DNA from: Curvularia clavata
Taxonomy: Eukaryota
Length of the DNA: 64,000 nucleotides
Direction of reading: 5' to 3'
Assembly (NCBI GenBank): GCA_023920165.1
Contig: CP089275.1
Coordinates: 2,914,001 to 2,978,000 of the forward strand
The notes under the pieces are model-generated. The model was not told the DNA's origin. It made no database searches and worked only from the letters and a program-made list of their open reading frames with translations. A program made the position numbers and the translations under genes. Shown one piece after another: positions 60,479 through 64,000 of this stretch. Positions within the stretch are counted from its first letter, which is position 1, and each line of letters begins with the position of its first letter.

Positions 60479-62387
60479 GGCCCGCTGGCAGATCACCCAG
60501 ATCATCCTCCAGCCCAACAACGGCCGCCGGCACCGTCGTCCAGCTGTGGCGGCCACGCGCTGCCGTCTCCGTATCTACGCTGTTGCCCTCTTGCAGCCCT
60601 CTAGGCCAGCTCCTCGCCGCTTTCGAATCCCCATGCAGCTTACCCTCTCGCCCAACACGGCTGCCTCTGTTCTGAGGGCGACCTCATGGCGCTAGCCTCG
60701 GGAGAACGACAGGCCCGAAAAGGAGTCGTGATGGCGCCAAGCTCACCTCGCCGACCTCCAGCACCCCCCATGCGAGGGCCGTGACGATCGCACTACTCGC
60801 GCGCCCGGAGCGCAGTACAGCACCAGCACCCGTTTGATCGACGCTCGAGTGCTGACTGCAACGTGCATCGTGCGCCCGCTGGAGAACGCTGCCTCACATG
60901 TAGTGGTTCGCACGACAAACACCACACGACAATGTCTCTACCAATGGCGCTGCCCCCAGACACCCCTCCTCGTTGTCTGTCGTGGCCGCCCCGGAAAACC
61001 GCCCCGTGCCATCGACGCTCTCTAGTAGCATACTTGCACTTTGGACAAACAGGGACCGTTGCCTTGTTCGGCCTTGTCTGTACCGACTAGTACGTACCGT
61101 ACAAACTACACATGTCCAAGGCAGCTATTTTTCCTCTGAGCCAGGGTGACGGGATCCAGGTCCTGCCACCATGGCGACGAGGTAAAGTGCTAGACACCCG
61201 GCCAGCGGCGGCCAAGGGAGCTGCGCGCACCGGGACACCCTGGAGGCTGCTGAGGCTGGCTGAGGCGCATGCTGCTCAACCTTGCGGCCATGCTCATGTT
61301 TGGTTTTACAGTGCGCAGGGCAAGTCGAGTATCGCGCCCAGTGGGGGTATTCTTGACTATCGTTATGGTGTCTACAAAAGCCCGCCGGCCAATGTACTAG
61401 GCGCGCACTGTCATGAATCGGCAGCCAAACGGCCAGGGCCCCTAGCAAGTGCACCATCCTGCGCGAGCGGTGGGCCGCTGACGGGGACGAGCGCGCTCAC
61501 GGCGGCCAGGGAGCGTCGCAGGGGGGGCGTGCCCTTCACCCTGGTCCTCCCACCATGGAAATGCGAGCTGGGCGTCCCGCTTTGCTTTTTCTGCCCTCCC
61601 AAAGATGGCGTCCGGCGAGCGCCATACGCCATGCCACGATGTGATACAGGGTATTTGTCGAATCCGACGATCTGGTCCTCTACTAGGTCCATCGCTGCTC
61701 GTGGGCGTCGTAGACAGCCATCACACTAGCCTTTTTGCTGCTCAGGGCCCAGTCAGTTGCTCTGAGCGCCCCATGACGCCCCAGCGCTCTGTGTCCACCA
61801 TCTCACCATTGCCTTAGCCGCATCTTTTGAAAAGCAGAATCCTCGCTCACATCTGCCCGTCCCGAACAAGTCAATAACTCCTCGACCGCCTTGGCGTCCA
61901 AGTGCCTGACTATCCCCCCCTCCCCACGTCCGCCTTGATATATACCGGTGCTTCGCCTTTGCCATCTCTACCGTTGGTCCGTCAAGAAACGCCCACTACC
62001 ACTCAACCTCCACTCAACCAAACCAAACCAAACATTCTCCCCCATTCTACAATTTCCCCTTGCTACTCAACCTCGATACGGTATGTTCTCTTCCGTTGGA
62101 CCCTTTCGTTGCGCTTCGTCTAGGCCATGGCCTCATCACTGCCTGTCCACTCTGGAACATGTCTGGCAACCTGCACCTGGTCTGGTACCTTTTGCAGCTG
62201 GACCTACAACTGTTTCATTGTCTCGTCTGGGATTTTCCAGCCTCCTCACTCCTGCACCACTGCCATTGTTCTTTTCACTGACTCCCCACCTTTCAGCCTT
62301 CTGCCAAGTATCGAAACAGAGTCCTAGTTCGCATTCTTCCTTTACTTCTCTTCCTCATCTCGTCTTCCTTTAACGGAAGTCATCACA

Positions 62388-63596
62388 ATGGTTGCTCATC
62401 GACGCGGCCCCTGGTCGCAGCACGAGGACCAGTGGCTTGTCAACCTGGTAGCCCGCAATGGACCCCACAACTGGGTACGAATTTCACAAGAGATCGGTTC
62501 CCGATCACCAAAGCAGTGCAGAGAGCGTTATCACCAGAACCTGAAGCCCTCATTAAACCACGACCCAATCACCAGTGAAGAGGGTGAACTGATTGAGAAG
62601 ATGGTGGCCGAGATGGGTAAGAGGTGGGCCGAGATTGCTCGACGGTTAAAAGGCCGTAGCGACAACGCTGTCAAGAACTAGTGGAACGGTGGCCAGAACC
62701 GCAGAAAGCGAAACCCAGAGCGTCCTGATCAAAGATCCCGCGACCACATGCACCACGCTCAGCCCGGTTTCCATTACCCACTCCCCCACAGCCTTCCTCA
62801 CCACGAGGAGCACCACCACATGCAACCCCGCCACGACCAACAACGACACGACTCACACCGACCGTCGATGCACTCACCACACTCCCTCAAGCTCCCCCAG
62901 CCCCAGCGATTTGAGCCTTACCCAGCACCCCGACCACAGCCCCTCGACCTCGCCACCTATGGATCCCACGCAGCTGTCCGGGCACGAGGCTTTGAAACGC
63001 CCATGCCCTCACCTTCCGGCTACTCTATTGTATCGGCTGATGGTGCTCCTTCGCTCATCACTGACACTGGCTCAGAGTCAAGGTCTCCCCGAGGCGCAGC
63101 ATCTCCTCCAGAGATGACACTCGCCCCTCTCGTCGGCAGTCGGGACGAGCGTAAGAACTCCAGCACCCGCTATCTCCCCACGTCTGGCTTCGCACCCGAG
63201 GACGACTCTGCTAGCGATGCGTACAGACGCCGTGGTTCTCTGCAGCTGCCTCCTCTACACCGCAACGATACCCCCTCCTCCAAGACAGCACCCACATTTC
63301 GTGAGCCCAACTACGAGCGCCCGCAGCCACCACAACTCCTCACACAGCCTACTCCTCAGCTTACACACCACCACTCAATGCCTCAGTCTGCGCCCACCAG
63401 TGTTCCACAGCGGCCACTGCCTCCTTTCCACTCGCTTGCCGAGCCAAGGCTGCCTCTACCCCACCCCAACAGCGCGAGTACCAGTCCAGCCTCGAGGCAA
63501 CTGCCCTCCCCTTACGCACTGCCGTCAATGCCGGCAGAAGCAAGGAGCGCACCTGTCTCACCAAAGGACCGAATGTCTCTGCGGAACATCATGTAG
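62388..63596 (+). CDS. flbD: R2R3 Myb transcription factor, FlbD ortholog, with an in-frame TAG at 62679-62681 replacing a conserved Trp
   Basis: HRRGPW...NWVRIS...RSPKQCRERYHQNLKPSLNHDPI...WAEIARRLKGRSDNAVKN*WNG matches FlbD, which reads NAVKNWWNG. The frame continues to 63596 and ends RMSLRNIM. Confidence 0.88.
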
Positions 63597-64000
63597 GCTG
63601 CTTGTTTGTTTCAGCTTGCTTGTCATTTCCTTTCTTGTCCATAAAGTCACGTGCGCCACTTCACATATTCCTATTAATTGCCGAAACGTCAGCCTTCGGC
63701 ATCGCTTGTTCTACTAGTCTTCTTCACATGTCACATTTACTTGTTTTGTATGAAACCATCAAGAGAAACCATGTACACGATTGGCGGGATACCCCATGCA
63801 GCGTCTGTAAGCAGAAGGGGCGGGCTTTCACACTTGGGAGGATGTATCATCTTGCTTCTATTTCGGCCTTTTGCGGCCACGTCTTTAGCATTCAGTGCGT
63901 TAAAGTTCGAAACGCTACTTTTTCTATTCGTCCATCGGCGCTCTACCGGGCGCGAGTCATCTGTATATTTGCGACCAAAGTCTTTTGTCGCTAGCGATAA

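Noticed and set aside
49700..62373. Numerous 60-230-aa ORFs in the long intergenic region
   Set aside because: They overlap in all frames, many start at non-ATG codons, their translations are microsatellite-derived or low-complexity, and I recognised no motifs or consistent exon structure.
1..64000. Transposable elements, Starship captain, rRNA or CRISPR arrays
   Set aside because: I recognised no transposase, reverse transcriptase, tyrosine recombinase, terminal repeats, rRNA-like sequence or regularly spaced repeat-spacer array by eye. Highly decayed elements cannot be excluded without a search.

Overview
Eukaryotic, intron-containing DNA from a filamentous ascomycete. It is probably a Dothideomycete/Pleosporales-like fungus, but this is inferred from protein resemblance and short GT-AG introns, not from a search. 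Left part (1-36.4 kb) is ordinary and gene-dense: partial MMS1-like gene, TBC GAP, ferric reductase divergent from ERG3, Pth11/SAT4-like protein, GMC oxidoreductase, EthD protein, GH31 alpha-xylosidase with a sugar porter, initiator tRNA-Met, CTF18, SDR, a divergent starch pair (GH13-CBM20 and AA13-CBM20) and a small Cys-rich secreted protein. The 36.8-49.2 kb block holds three very divergent paralogs sharing a domain I cannot name, around an M14 carboxypeptidase. About 13 kb of apparently gene-free sequence precedes an flbD-type Myb factor. Three things stand out. (1) A structurally perfect initiator tRNA-Met gene is interrupted in its T-loop/B-box by a 51-nt spliceosomal-type intron (GTATGG...TACTAAT...TAG) that carries its own B-box-like core. 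(2) The three-paralog cluster of unknown function. (3) Several single in-frame TAG codons in otherwise intact frames, one at the invariant Trp of FlbD. No transposon ORF, rRNA or CRISPR array was recognised.
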